A DNA stretch of 64,000 nucleotides, taken from assembly GCA_964016885.1 (NCBI GenBank), contig OZ024752.1, positions 5,208,001 to 5,272,000 of the forward strand, written 5' to 3'. Numbering within the stretch: the first letter of the stretch is position 1; each line of letters starts with the position of its first letter. The position numbers were made by a program, and so were the translations under genes. Under the pieces are notes generated by a model. It was not told the origin of the DNA and made no database searches. It saw only the letters and a list, made by a program, of their open reading frames with translations. Shown in pieces: positions 14,875 through 29,665 of this stretch. The stretch comes from Eledone cirrhosa. Lineage: Eukaryota.

Positions 14875-15250
14875 AGAATCTGAGGTTGTGTGGAATTCCA
14901 CATAAATAGTCTAGTATATTGGTTGAATCATCAAATAAGGTGGCAAGGTTCTTCAGACGTTCAGCACATGCTTTGTATTTTTTGAAATCTTTCTGAACTT
15001 ATAACTGCTATTTAGTCTTTCCAAGTGTATTTCATTCAGAGCTTGTTCCCTTTTCAAAGCACTTAAGAATTTCCATATAGTTGGATGGTAAGAAGAAACT
15101 TTTTGCAAAAACCCTCTATGCCATCCCTCTACTGAATTGTTTGTCTTTATATTTCCATTGTCTTTCATAAATAAAAATCCATTTAAAAGGAGCATTGGCT
15201 TCCCTTTCGAGCACTTGACAAATTGGCCATCTTGAAGTAGAGGCTTAAAT
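14875..15250 (-). mobile_element. MULE/Mutator transposase C-terminal remnant
   Basis: TNNSVEGWHRGF...HPTIWKFLSALKREQ matches the T-N-N-x-x-E-G-W-H...H-P-x-I-W MULE signature. Confidence 0.75.
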
Positions 15251-16851
15251 TTTGAAATATATTGTTATTAAAATGATCTACATAAACTGCCGAGAGAGAG
15301 AGATTCAAACTTGCTTGTTTTCTGAAATAAGTCCAAAATTGATGATTCAAAGTAATTGGCCTGTCGAAGGTATTCTACTACAAAGATTTTGCTTGTAAAA
15401 GATATCTTACTTTGAAGTTTTTGTTTTTGAAGAAATGTGTTTGAAGATCTGTTTTCAAAGAATAGTCCATAAGCAGTACCCAATACATTAATATGTAACC
15501 CACTGAGAACATATGCTACAGCTTGACATCTCCAATGATGTTTTTAGGAAGAATCCTTGTCTTACTTTTGCCAATATCTAGGAGTCTTACTCTGAATTCA
15601 TCTGCCAAACCCATTTCAAAAATACTTAGTTTGTTTCCTCTGTGAGCTAAGGTGAAAATCGACATTAAACTAAGAAGTAAAACAGCCTTGATTCATTATA
15701 AGATCCAAATAAAAAAGGAGATAAAGATCCCATAATTCTTTGTGGAGTTGTAGAGGCACCGTCATACGGTGTGCCTAGGGCACTTTTAAACCTGGCGGAG
15801 CCCAACCCTTTCCAGGTCTGAACACAGACGAATTTTTCTATAGAGGAAGAGTCCATATATAATGGGCCAAATCTCCCTTTAATCAGACCATACTATCTAA
15901 AAAAGCTAAGAAATCAATATTTCATTTAGTAATAATATAGTTTTAAATACATTATATTTGAAAAATGCCAAGATGATTACACTTTGAATGTTTTTAATCA
16001 TAAGTTTATTCAATCTAGGTTTATTCAATCAACATTTATTCAATCAACACCACCACCAACAATAAAAGCCATTCCTATATCTTCTTTTTCACCCACTTAT
16101 TCTCAAAAGAGTCAGGGGGAGGCAAAGTCCTCAAACACTACTTCCAGTGGGTCCTCTCAGAAGCAACTGTCTCTAATTGATCTGGCTGGATCTCTACACA
16201 AGACCATCCGAGCTGGGTCTTCCGCTGAGTGGGTTTTCCCATAAACTCATTCTAACCATATGTTTATAATATCGAAACTGTCATCGCCCACTTTCACATG
16301 GAAAAATGTTACACCACCCACCTGTATAGTAAATATTCAAAAGCATACCAAAAATGTTTGGTAAATGTTTGTTACTGGTTCGTTATTCCCATTTAGCCTC
16401 CTGTTCTTTTTATACAAGTTCTTTGCATATCTTCTTTGAATATATTTTTGTGGGGTAGCATATATTGAAATACTTTCTTAATACTCAAAATCCTATATTG
16501 TCCACCAAAATCACCAATCACCCAACATTTTCTGTTCAGTTAGAATGGTGAGACTAAACTTCTGAAGGGTACCTGAGACTTATGTGGTTTAATCATAATC
16601 GATAGTTTGTCTTTGATGATTGATTATATTAATTGATTTTTTCAATGATCGATTACATAGATTGATTTTGAACTACACTCTCCAGGTATGAAATAGCGCT
16701 ATAAGGTTTCACTTATGATTCCACCTGTGTACATATTCTTCTATATAATATGTATTTGGTATGTTTACAATATACCATGTTTCTTATACAATATATGGCT
16801 CCTTCTCTATATATATACATATATCTTTTCATTTGGTTCTATATATATATA

Positions 16852-18597
16852 CCGTATTTTTCGGACGATAAGGCGTGCTATCTATGAATGGCTCTACTTT
16901 CATACATAAGGTGCACCAGATTATAAGGCACATATAGCGAAAGAAAACTTTTAGGTAGGTAGACTTTATTCAAGACATTCACATTAATAACACTCAATAT
17001 TGTTCACTTTAATAATATAGAAAATACAGAAAATTGTCAATGTCACTTAAATGACTTGTTAATACTAATATCTAGCAGTTGGAGTTCTTTGGTTAATCCT
17101 CACGGAATGATGGAAAGCTCCAAGTTAGTTTGCTTAACTTGTTTTTTGACTATATTGGTGAGATGGGCACACATCGTGTCATAGATCAATAGGGACAGAG
17201 ATGTGTGGAAAAAACCACCTTGTCTCTTTACGTAGACTTCTCCCAGCCACTCACTCATCCATCCAGCCTTTTGGGTTGACCTTGACAATGACTATGGCCG
17301 GAAACTTGAAAATGACCATGGGTGGTAGCTTCTTGCCATTGGCCTGGCAACCGAGAACGACTGTGAAAGATAACTTCTCATTCCCCATGGTGCATATAGA
17401 TACCATACAGGTCTCTGTTTTCTTGAGAGTACGGCTCATAGGGATGTCAAAGGTGAGGGGCACGTTGTCCATGTTGGAGATGCAGGCTGGCTGGATCTTC
17501 TTTTCAGTGATCTTGTTCTTGCAGTAGGTCTAGAAGATGGTCAGCTTTTCTTCGTAATTCTCTGGCAGCTGCTGCGAGACAGTAGTTCTTGTGCGGATGG
17601 AGAGATGACGCCTTTTCATAAAATGAAAGCACCAAGAAGGACCTCCTTGAAAATCGCTGATCTTCATGTCACGTGCCATCACTGTCGCCTTGGGTCAAAT
17701 GGAGACTGTGGAGACACTTCTACCTGCTGTTCTCTGCTCAATGATTCACTGTTCAATTATGTCCTCTAGCTATGGCCACCTCATTTTGTTCCCTTAGAAA
17801 CTCTCTTTGGTCTTCTTGACTTGGTGCAGGTCATCTTCTTGCTTCCTCCACTTCCGTACCATTGACTCGATGATGCTGAATTCTTTCACATGTTCTCTTG
17901 CGTGACTGATTGCCTTGAGTTTGAAATTCGCTTGGTAAGCATGTCTCTTCACAGGTGCCATTTTTAGGTGTACTAATAATATGTTGAAGTACAATGTGTG
18001 TCATAAAAAGTGACAGAGATAAGCGCAAAAGCCTCGTCTTGGTAGCTGGATAGCTACTCTTCTCTGATTGGCTTATCGTGGCCTGAAGAAAGTGAAGGGT
18101 GAAAGCTAGTCTGCCTAGCAAGTAAACAATGACTCACCCCTCACAGCATGGCTAGATCATGACCTAGACGCTGTCTAGTAGACAGACGAATATTTTGAAA
18201 ATGTTTGAATTTAAAGGGAGACTGCAGATGAAATTTGAAGCATTTTTCATTATGAAGATGCCAACCACAGTTTAAACTTCTGAAACATTGAAGTCAAAAT
18301 GCCATCATAAATCGTAATTATAAGGCACACTGCGCAGGTTTAGTTTGTTGCTCACACAAGTGCCGTTGGAAATTTACCATTAGTGCATGTGCGTAAAAGC
18401 AGACCCGCTGTAATTTGATTGGCTACTGGATTGATCATAGAAATTGCTTCTGCTTTCAATCATGCTCACTAAATGATGTCAAGGTCATAAATCACAACCA
18501 GAATTCATACATAAGGCACACCGGATTATAAGACGCACTGCCTGTTTTTGAGCAAATTTAAATATTTTGAGTGCGACTTATAGTCCAGAAAATACGG
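16852..18597 (-). mobile_element. pogo/Tigger-like DNA transposon, decayed and internally deleted
   Basis: Termini CCGTATTTT...AAAATACGG with TA flanks and subterminal TATAAGGCAC-like repeats; Brinker-like RHAYQANFKLKAI...MVRKWRKQ, CENP-B-like region, DDE pieces MDNVPLTFD and KLPPMVIFK...KGWMDE. Confidence 0.88.
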
Positions 18598-19254
18598 TAT
18601 ATATATATATATAAATTTGAGCGACTTCTGTCTGTCTGTTAGACAATGTGTGTGTGTGAGGAATGAGGTTGTATGAATGAATGTGTGCGCAAAAGGAAGG
18701 AAATGGATGGTGAAAACTATAACATAACAGCAGCTATGCTGTATGTGTGTGTTTGTGTAAATGTATGTGTGTGTGTGTTTGTGTATTTGTGTTAAAGTAT
18801 GTCTGTGAGTGTGTATTTCTGTAAATGTGTCTGTGTTTGCAGTTTTATAGTCATATACTCATACATATAAATGCATGCACATACACACACATATACATAT
18901 ATGCATCAGCATGTTGAAAAAAATCCTAGTATACATATAAATCCAAAGTTCCTGTGTGCCCACCTCTTAACCCTTAGCATTTACATTACTCTATATATAC
19001 TATTATATTTTTGTGGTAAAGGCTTTATCTAACATAATTATCTCACATGATATCAAATCTATGAGATTTTGATCTTATTTATTTTGAGACCAATACCTTA
19101 ACATCAGTATGAGCAGCCAGTTACAGCCAGTTTGAACAGAGAGGTGAGAGAATTCTGGCCGGTTTAAATGCTAAAAGTTTAAATCTACAGAGCAGTAACA
19201 TGTTGATGAGTCAGTAACACCAATACAATAACTACATGGCTGTACACCTGCCTA

Positions 19255-19420
19255 GTTTAGTAGAAGAAATCCGAATAGGTTCATAAGAAAAATGGCAAAA
19301 GAGGTCCAAGTAAGCCCTGGGACAATCAGAAGAATCATCAATGATGACTTGGGAATGTCTTCCTCTACCCTTCAGAAGAGACAAACCCTTTCTGAAAAGA
19401 CAAAACAAAAAATACTAGTG
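19255..19420 (+). mobile_element. Tc1/mariner (maT-like) transposase HTH fragment
   Basis: Reads RRNPNRFIRKMAKEVQVSPGTIRRIINDDLGMSSSTLQKRQTLSEKTKQK. Confidence 0.6.
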
Positions 19421-21017
19421 AGAAGAAAGAATTTAGTAGAGAATGTTTTTTTGGCCAGTGTGACTTGACTCTTGCAATGAAATTTGTAATCTAATATTTG
19501 TGTCAATGTATCTCAACAATGTATCTCAGTTTCACTTACTAATTACTAAGTTTAATTACAAGTTTACTAATTAGAGGTTAATTTTATTACAAAAACATCT
19601 CTCAATAAATCTTTGAATTTGAAACTATTCTTCTGTCTTTTTCACAATTTTTCTTCTCTCCTCTGTTCCCCTCTCTCACTCTGTCTAGTTCTATCCCGTC
19701 ATCATTTTCTCTTTCTCCTTGCCCCATTCTCATTTATTTAAATTACTTTGCAGAGCTAATTATTCGGCTAATTATAGATATTGTTTGATTTTGTATTCTT
19801 TTTTTGTTTTTTTTTAATTTCTAGGTCTAAGTATTGTCTTTCTCTCACACATGCAATCACACATGCATACACACATATACAAACACACATTCCCTTCTCC
19901 AATACACACACTTGCACATACATTGCACATACACTCCACACTCTCACACATGCACACTCCCAATACACACTAAGTGACCATCAAAACTTTATATAATAAT
20001 TGAAACTCTCACTTACCCTCACCCATTTCTCTCTCCCTCTCCAACACACATACATACACAGAATACTAAATATTATTTAACCTTCGACAAAATTTTCTTT
20101 CTTAAATTCAATTATACACACATTATACACACAATATACACACACATTCATGCATAAACACCATTATGACTGTATCATAAGAACTTTGGTCATACTAATG
20201 ACTTGTAATATTTTTTCTGGCATTTGGCACTTTTCGAATCTGTCTTTCATCTTGTGGGCATTAAATGGTGATGATAATGATGATTTTATAAAGAAAAAAA
20301 TGAAAAGCATATTAATATTTATGACCTACTGCATTTATCATATCCCCAGCAACAGTTGCAAGCTAAGGGCACTGTTCCAGGGTGGTAGATTGGTAGAATT
20401 GTTAGGGCGTCAAATGAGATACCATGTAGTATTAGTTCCAACTCTTTGCTTTCTTCTCAGTTCAAATCCTGTTGTGGCTTACTTGCGGGGAGAAGAGTTG
20501 ACTTAAACTTTCACCTCGCTTGGCTATCTTTAGTGGAATCCACCCATCACAAATACTCTGAAAATAGTCATCGGCATTACTCTTTCCTCTCTGACTAAAC
20601 AGTAAAGAAAAGAAAAACTACACATACTCACTAACCAGAAAAACTTTATTAATCTAAGACAGGGTTTCATAAACTTTTTCAAACATAGAACCCTTTTTGG
20701 TTTGGAAACTTTTGGGAGGACCCCAAAGTCTAATACTGTTATATAGTCGTAATATAAATATACTCCTCTACCTTTTTTCACGGAACCCAGGACACTTGGA
20801 TTCTGCGGAACCCACTTTGTGATCTAAAGCAAAGAGGGAAATTGGATAATGAAATCTATACAGAAAATAATCTGCTACCTGTTTTAAGACTATTGCCTGA
20901 CACTCAGGCATCTTTAGTAGAGTCCTCACTTTTGTCTTTCTATTGCAGAAGCCTATGAGATATGTTTCTTCTCTTGTATAGGACTGAATATATATAAACA
21001 TATGTGTACAGTTATAT

Positions 21018-21340
21018 ATGATGGCTACCCCTCGTTATTGAGTATGGCCATTGCACGATATAATATTTTCAATAATTATCAATTAATGCTATCATGCAAT
21101 GCCTGTGCGTGAAGATTTTTTTAAAGTAAGGAACGACTGTGCACTGAGCCAATCCCACTCTCTGAGCGACAGTAGCTATAACCTAAAAAGAAGAAAAGAT
21201 CAACATCATCGGTAACTACTGAGCCACAGGTTTTATATCGGAGTTATCCCAGTTTCCTGAGTTGCCTTCCCCTAGAAGAATGCCCTGACAAGAAGAATGC
21301 CGTTGACTCTTATGAGTTCTTCCGCCCTTTGTCAGGTTTT
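21018..21340 (-). mobile_element. Short non-autonomous retroposon (RTE-UTR-like family)
   Basis: Near-identical to 60085-60295 in the opposite orientation; its end matches 63467-63510; a diverged relative lies at 26485-26893. Confidence 0.6.
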
Positions 21341-21354
21341 GTTTTTTGTCCTGC

Positions 21355-21866
21355 AGCTGACGAGCTGATAAATTCCGACCTCACACACTTACACCTCTCC
21401 AAGACAATGTCACTGGACCGAGACCTTTGGTGGTACTCAGTAATAGAGAAGACCCGCCTTACCTAAATACAAAGTAAAACCTACTACAGTCAGTAGGCAT
21501 CTCTAACAAAATACACCCCCGTCCCACCACCTCCACTCCATCCACACCGCCTCTTCAATGTAAAGTTATGTTGGTGCCACAACATCCAGGCCGAAACAAA
21601 TAAGATCGTGTAGGTGTCACGACAAAAAAACACACAGTCCACGCTGTAAATGTGGCCGTGTAGGCAACACGGTAAAAACCTCCCAGCCCCACACTGTAAA
21701 TGTGGTTGGTGTTAGGAAGGGCATCCAGCTGTAGAAAACCCGCCAGACAGTCCTATGCGAGCAAGACAATTACTCTTGCCTCAAGTGGGAAAACTCCCGT
21801 CCAAACCCATGCAAGCGTGGAACTCGGACGTTAAACGATGATGATGATGATGATGATGATGATGAT
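21355..21866 (+). mobile_element. RTE LINE 3' end
   Basis: Close match to 54715-55214; (GAT)n tail. Confidence 0.9.
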
Positions 21867-21879
21867 ATATATATATTTG

Positions 21880-22835
21880 TTTTGCGAGGTTTTTGATATG
21901 AAAATCGTGTGTCAAAACAATATCTAACTGCATAATAGGCAGTATGGAGGTGGTATCACTATACCCATCCATTAACATTGATTTTGCTGTGGAAAATGTG
22001 TGGAGATGTTCAGTGAGAGTGAGGTGGAGTTCTGCGACGTCAACACAGACAAACTGAACCTCCGACTTAGACTTACCTATGACTCCGACTACCTAGACAG
22101 CCATGACCTTAGCTATTTCTGCCCCAGTAGATCCATAAGAGGTAGACGCCCCCCCCCCCCCACCATAACCTCAATGGCAAAAAAGACTCCCATGGGAAAG
22201 TGGATTGGGTGGACCAAAGCCATACAGACCCCCCAAAACAATGATCAGGTAAGAAAAATGGTTGTGCATGCAATAGGGCCTAGTATTAAAACTACCCTAA
22301 AAGGCCACATATTCAAATTCATGATTTAGAATGTAGCACAATGGAAAGCATCCAGCAGATACCTAATTCCATACACCAGAGTATAACTGTAACTATCGAC
22401 TACCCTTCCAAACACCCTAACAATAGACTACCCTTCCAAACACCCTAACAATAGACTACATGTATTAGACACGGAACTCTGGATTAACACTATAGACGAG
22501 AGGGCCAAAATACTCCACTCACACTACGCTAAACCCATGGCCTCCAAATACCTGATTCTCAAAAACTCAGCAATGTCCAGTAGTGCTAAGTTTAATATTC
22601 TGATCGCAGACTTGGTACGAGTGATGAAGAACGTGTCCCGCATGTGCGACCCAACAGAAATGGAAAGACACATCCAACACTTCATCAACCGCATGCAGTT
22701 CTCTGGCTACAACCAAAGAGACAGAATCAGAGTATACGAAGGAGCCATGGAGAAGTATAAGACCCTCATAGAACTGGACATGAAAGGAATTTGCCCATTA
22801 TACAGGTGCAAATCATGGCATAGCTTAGATAGGAG
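21880..22835 (+). mobile_element. Penelope-like element, decayed RT fragment
   Basis: IGSMEVVSLYPSI (RT motif), KGHIFKF, LHVLDTELW, HYAKPMAS, LIADLVRVMKNVS...RMQFSGY; homologous to 40932-41270. Confidence 0.8.
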
Positions 22836-23109
22836 GAGGGGGCAGGTGTATGCTCTCGGTATATGAATTAAGGATTCGCATGGTCGCCTGCAAATGCGTG
22901 GTTCATATTCACTCAAAGTTGTTCCATCATTTTTAGCTCATCCATAGACAATGATAGACAGAGATTTCTCGAGGGTCTGTGGGTTAAGAAAGATAACTAC
23001 TAGTAGCATTTGTTGCCTCAGGTGATAGATGACTGTATGTGTTGTTGTGGTATGATTGGTCAGTGAATCTACAGTGGTGTGTGGGGGAGGGAAATGTGAA
23101 ATAAGTAAG

Positions 23110-23455
23110 TATCATCATCATCATCATTTCATTTTTACGTCCACTTTTCCCTGCTTGCAAGGGTGGGACGGGAACTGATTCTGGCTTGATTTCTACAGCT
23201 GGATGCCCTTCCTAACACCAACCTCATTTACAGTGAGTGCTGGGTGCTTTTTTGCTGTGGAACCTCCATGACCACTTTGCAGTGGAATGATAGGGACCAC
23301 AGTCCCTATCACCTCATTTCTACAGCTGAGTAAACTGGAGCAATGTGAAATAAAGTGTCTTGCTCAAGGAAACAACACATCACCCGGTCTGAGAATTGAA
23401 CTCACAACCTTTCGATTGCAAGGCCAATGCTCTAACCACTAAGCCATGTGCCTCC
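23110..23455 (-). mobile_element. tRNA-derived CORE-like SINE with RTE-derived tail
   Basis: Reverse complement of 42866-43188; A/B boxes, CCTTGAGCAAGACACTTTA core, (GAT)n tail. Confidence 0.85.
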
Positions 23456-23659
23456 ACCACATAAGTATATGTATGTAAATGTCTCTAGGAAAATCTGGAA
23501 GTCTATCTGCCTAAAAGAAGCTAATATAAATGAATTATACCGACATTATAAACAGAATAAAATATACCAACTTCATTGCTTCAAGCATGAATGGTGTCCA
23601 AAAAAATGTATACACACTTCAACAATATTCTAAAAAAGGTATGTATACATTTTGGGACA

Positions 23660-23711
<52 letters not shown>

Positions 23712-23858
23712 CTGAGAGAATGGACATTAGATGATGATAATGATATATATATAAATACATATATATAATATATAAGGGAGAGAATTGGGAGTGTGTAACA
23801 CTCCACTTATCAAATAGGCAGTATATGGTTAGCTCAATGTCAGAGGACAGAGCCGTAA

Positions 23859-24506
23859 TACAATTAACAACAAAGAGCGCTTAGAACATAGGTATATCTT
23901 TAATTGCTAACAGTGTTTCGTCCACACTAGAAGTGGGACTCTTCAGAGCATAAAGAGTAAATACATAGTATACAAGCATTGACAAAGCCAAAACAGACGA
24001 ATATATGTGGGGATACCATAAGTTGGGAGGAGTTTAAAGAGTAAAGTAAAAGGAGTAAAATAAGAAAAGAGTAAAATAAAAATAAACACAAAAATAAGAA
24101 TAAAAATAAGAATAAAAATAAAAATGAATTTTCATTTTTATTTTTCATTTTTATTTTTATTTTTATTTTTATTTTTATTTTTATTTTTATTTTTCATTTT
24201 TATTTTTATTTTATTTTTATTTTTATTTTTATTTTTATTTTTATTTTTATTTTTATTCTTATTTTTATTCTTATTTTTGTGTTTATTTTTATTTTACTCT
24301 TTTATTTTACTCCTTTTACTTTACTCTTTAAACTCCTCCCAACTTATGGTATCCCCACATATATTCTTCTGTTTTGGCTTTGTCAATGCTTGTATACTAT
24401 GTATTTACTCTTTATGCTCTGAAGAGTCCCACTTCTAGTGTGGACGAAACACTGTTAGCAATTAAAGATATACCTATGTTCTAAGCGCTCTTTGTTGTTA
24501 ATTGTA
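23859..24506. repeat. Fold-back element, ~270-bp inverted arms, Penelope pLTR-like
   Basis: Arms 23859-~24130 and ~24235-24506 near-identical, separated by (TTTTTA)n; one hammerhead per arm. Confidence 0.9.
24415..24460 (+). ncRNA. Type I hammerhead ribozyme motif
   Basis: TGCT-CTGAAGA-GTCCCAC TTCTA GTGTGGAC-GAAAC ACT GTT-AGCA: stem I TGCT/AGCA, stem II with G10.1-C11.1, short stem III, GUU triplet. Mirror copy at 23905-23950 (-). Confidence 0.8.
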
Positions 24507-24954
24507 AATACATATATATGAACATATATATGTGTGTGTATGTATATATATATATATAAATATATATTTCCTACAGGGAAAACGAATGTTAGATGATGAT
24601 GATATATATATCAAACGTTTTTCCATTTGTATTGAGATTTTGCTATTTTTCAATGAATCTTCAGAAAATTATGCCCAAAGATCCAGAACTATAACAGAAT
24701 AATTCATGAATGAAAAATCCCTACTCCTGAGGTAAACATGAAGGATTTCAGAAAATGACTGAATGTTTTAATGGAGTAGGAGTAGAACATTAGAGGATGA
24801 GTTGTTTGAAATGGGGCATTTTCATTCAAAATGAGAATATTTTGTGTTCTAAAGTAGAGGATTGTTCAAAATTTCAACATTATAATTCCCTTTCTCCTTC
24901 TCTCTCTCTCTCTATCATTTTAACACACATATTCTAAGTTTTGAATATGTGTAT

Positions 24955-25961
24955 ATATATATATATATACATAAATGGCAATTTCTGTCTGTTTGTGGAT
25001 TTGTTTGTGAACCTAAAACTCAAAAACTACCAAACCGATCTTGATGAAACTTGACACGTTTGTGGCTCAGTTGATTTCTTACGTACTTTGAAGTTTTAAA
25101 AAATCGACAATTTCCAGTCTGCATGGACTTTTTATAAATCAATAGCATGAGCATGCAAATGCTCATGTGAATGTTATTTTCTGCCACAACTTTTAAAGTT
25201 CTCAAGCGATTTCCTTCAAAATTGAAACACAGATAAATTATGTGCTAAGGATGGCTTTAGGCTAAGAAATTATCCCAGACAACTCATGGAAGGCAAAAAG
25301 CCGCACAAACCTATTTTTCATTTGGTTTGTTTCTTCTGATATGAGCAACCAATTTGCTTTAAACTGTACAGGTGTATTATTTATGTATCAATAAGTTTCC
25401 CCAGGGCACCTTAATAAAGCAAAAACACCACAAATATCAAATGTCACAAATGTTTTTTTCAAACATCATAGATACACCACTTATGTGCAGTGGATGGTTT
25501 TCTGCAGCGGGACAGAGGGCTGTACAACAATGGGATGGATAACAATTGAATTTGTCCTCCACGGGCTGAGTTTCACACAGACAAATGGGATTTATGGGCT
25601 CTGGTTGGGAAATGTGGGAGTATTTTCCAAAAATTGTATACCAGGCGGAACCCTTTACGAATCGAATAGAAGTCTTCAATGGGTGACAGTTGACACGCGG
25701 GCTGTAAGGATATTTAAAAATTACCTACCCACCCTAGGCTGTGTCATCTTTGCTGCTAACATGCTTATATTTAACCGAATGGATCATCTTACGGGACAGA
25801 TAGAAGGCCTCTGCGGGTTGCATTAACCAGGTGGCCGTTGAGTGGACATCCCGACGATGTTTTTCTATAAGACTTAATTCAACCGAGAGCTTCATCAAGT
25901 GTTATTTCTGCACAAACAATTGTATTACTTAAACCCTAGCAACGCCGGGTACCTCAGCTAG
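24955..25961 (+). mobile_element. Non-autonomous Helitron-like element
   Basis: 3' end CCCTAGCAACGCCGGG imperfect hairpin then CTAG|T; 5' TA-rich start with TCTGTCTGTTTGT and ACCGATCTTGATGAAACTTG; 5' boundary approximate. Confidence 0.6.
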
Positions 25962-26890
25962 TATATATATATATATATATATACACATGCATAAATATAT
26001 TTGTGTGTGTAGGCATAATGTGTCTGTGCCTGTATCTGTGTGTATGAGTACAGATGTCTTTATGAATTCATATATATGCATTAGATGTTTGTAAGTGCAT
26101 CTAAACGTTTGTATGTTGAAATGTGTGTATAAATTTGTATATACATATTAGGTATTTGCATGTATCTATGTTTGATGATGATGATGGTATATATATATAT
26201 ATACATACACACACACATAATGATTATCTCCCTTATTATAATACTCATATATCTAATCTACATTTTTTTCTGCCTGCATTTCTCAAAAATGGCTGACTAT
26301 ATACACATACTTTCCTCTTGTGAAAATATTTTTTCTGTTTTTTCTTTTCTTACTCTCATTTATATTTTTATTTATTGTTCTATCCTTTATTGATTATTCT
26401 ATCTTTTGATGATGGTCTATATCAATCATCAAAGTAATATATATCATCTTATACATCTATGTTTGTATATATATATATCCGGGAGAGATGACCCCTTAGC
26501 CTTTCTCAAGGCAGAATTCTAGGAGGAGGAAAACTCTGATATACCACCTGCAACCCTTATGGTATCCAATGATGTTGACTTGTTCTTCTTTTTGGTAAAT
26601 ATCATCTTGGTTAAGAGAGTGGGACTGGCTTTGTGCAGTGCCTTTGTTCACTATAAAAGCTTCACGGCACAGGCATTGCTTTATATCTGCAGATCTCTCT
26701 GCACTTGTCGTCACATGGTACCATGGGCCCAGCACTATGTGTTAATAATTGTCACAAGTGTAGTGTTTGTACCAGAGTTTTCAAGTTGCTGGCTGGACTA
26801 AAAAGTCACACTCGTTCAGGGCATCGGTAGGGGTTCTCCTACATGGATATAAAGTAGTGGCCGTACTCGAAAACGAGTTGGCAGCCACCA

Positions 26891-26943
<53 letters not shown>

Positions 26944-26946
<3 letters not shown>

Positions 26947-27042
26947 GGTGTCCTGCCAAAATGTATACACACTTCAACAGTATTCTAATAAATATTGCCT
27001 GTACAGGTAATCAAAGCATGTATACATTTTTAGGACACCCTG
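26944..27042. mobile_element. 99-bp Tc1/mariner-type MITE
   Basis: CAGGGTGTCCT...AGGACACCCTG inverted ends, TA flanks; degenerate copy at ~23590-23665. Confidence 0.8.
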
Positions 27043-28434
27043 TATGTATATATGTGTATATAGTTCAAAATGACAAACATACGCAGGTGTCAATGGTACA
27101 TAGTGTTATTAGCTTCATGCTTGTAAAAATTGACTTCAAACAGTGAAGATGATGATGATGAGCATATATGTGTGTGTGTGTGTGTGTGTGTGTCTGTGTT
27201 GTGTGTACTTCATGGTAGTTGGGGATAGTTTGCCCAGCTATACTCAATTGAACCACTATCATTCTTTATTATTATTCTCATTATCACTATCACTGGACAG
27301 TTCATGTCCATCATCACACATCTCATGTGACCCTAAGTGGGTATCTGTCCTGTCCATATTAGTTCTCTCCCCCCCCCCCCGCTTACTACCAAACCATTGC
27401 CCCACCATTTTCCTCCATAGATTCCAGATGAAGAAATATTTTTTTGTTTATTTTTTTTTTTTTACTTTTTTATATTTCTTTATTTTATTCTTTTATTTCT
27501 TTATTCATTTTTTTTTACTTTTTTTACTTTTTTTACTTTTTTTACTTTTACTTTTTTTACTTTTTTTACTTTTTTTACTTTTTTTACTTTTTTTTCTTCA
27601 TTTTATTGCCTTATATTCTTTTATTTCTCCATTTTACTTTATCTTATTTCTTCATCTGCTTGGCACCACCCTACCACCACCACGAGAAATGGTGGCAGGA
27701 TAGATGCCAACACACACAAAAATTCTACTAAAAATAGCAGCAACCAAACTAAAGCTGACCCCAACACCAATACCACTACCAACACAAGGGAGGAGGTCAG
27801 CTGTACTTAACAAAAACAACCACAACAGAGTGCCTTGCCTCAGACAAATTTCTATAGACTTTTGACTGAGGAATGTTCTCACAACTGACCAATGGGAGGA
27901 GAGAGTGTCCTTTGACGCCGAAATTTGTTTGTTCGAATTCATATGATTCCAGTTCCTCAGAGAAATAACAACCCAACCAGGAACTGGGCATATTGGAGTA
28001 TTGATGGAGTTAAACACCTCAACAACATGTGTACCCGTCTCTATGTATATATCTAATGTATATATAGTATATTTTGCAATACACTGTATGCTTAATTAAA
28101 AGCATTTCGAAGACCTTACGCTATTGTTGTAGAGTAGTGACAGTCTCGCTTACTTTAATTTTCAGCAAACAGGGGAGATAAAGCTGATAGAGCTCTATTT
28201 CGCACTTTTTGGTGCTTATCAAAGTTAAGTACTCCACCTGTTTGCTGAAAATCATGAACGTTTGATTCTTATAAAATTCTAGTAATAATCAGGAACTGAT
28301 TATACAGAGCGGTTGCCGGTCAAGCAGAAATTGAAAATTAGAATTGGTGCTCTGAAATAGCGATATATATATGAATGTATATATAGTGAGACTGTCACTA
28401 CTCTAAAACAATAGCGTAAGGTCTTTGAAATGCT

Positions 28435-29103
28435 GAACTAAGTGAGAAATTAAGAATAAGAGGGATCAGATGCTGTTTACTCGAGAGAAGACTATGTTGG
28501 TATGGTCACGTGATGCGCATGAAAGATGACAGCTGTATAAAAAAGTGCAGGGCGATCAAAATAGACAGTAGCTACGGAGTAGGCAGACCCAGAAAAACCT
28601 GGAACGACTTGATAAAATCTGACCTCACACACTTACACCTCTCCAAGACAATGTCACTGGACCGAGATCTTTGGCGCTATGTAGTAATACAGAAGACCCG
28701 CCTTGCCTGAGTACAAAGCGAAACCTACAGTCAGTAGGCACCTCTTAACCAAAATACACCCCCGTCCCACTACCCCTACCCCCACCGCCATCTATACCAC
28801 CCCTTTCGATGTAAAGCTATGTTGGTACCACAACATCCAGTCCTAAATAAATGAGGTCGTGTAGGTGTCACGACAAAAAAAAACACACAGTCCACGCTGT
28901 AATGTGGCCGTGTAGGTAACACGGTAAAAACCTCCCAGACCGCACTGTAAACGTGGTTGGTGTTAGGAAGGGCATCCAGCCATAGAAAACCCATCAGACA
29001 GTCCTGAGCAAGATGACCAATCTTGCCTCAAATGGGACAATTCTCGTCCAGACCCATGCTAGATGGAAGATGGACGTTAAACGATGATGATGATGAATGA
29101 TGA

Positions 29104-29105
<2 letters not shown>
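28435..29105 (+). mobile_element. RTE LINE 3' end
   Basis: WYGHVMRMKDD...GRPRKTW; 3' UTR and (GAT)n. Confidence 0.9.

Positions 29106-29665
<560 letters not shown>

Noticed and set aside
27865-27925. CTGAGGA...CGAAA as a hammerhead
   Set aside because: Could not build convincing stems I and III by eye.
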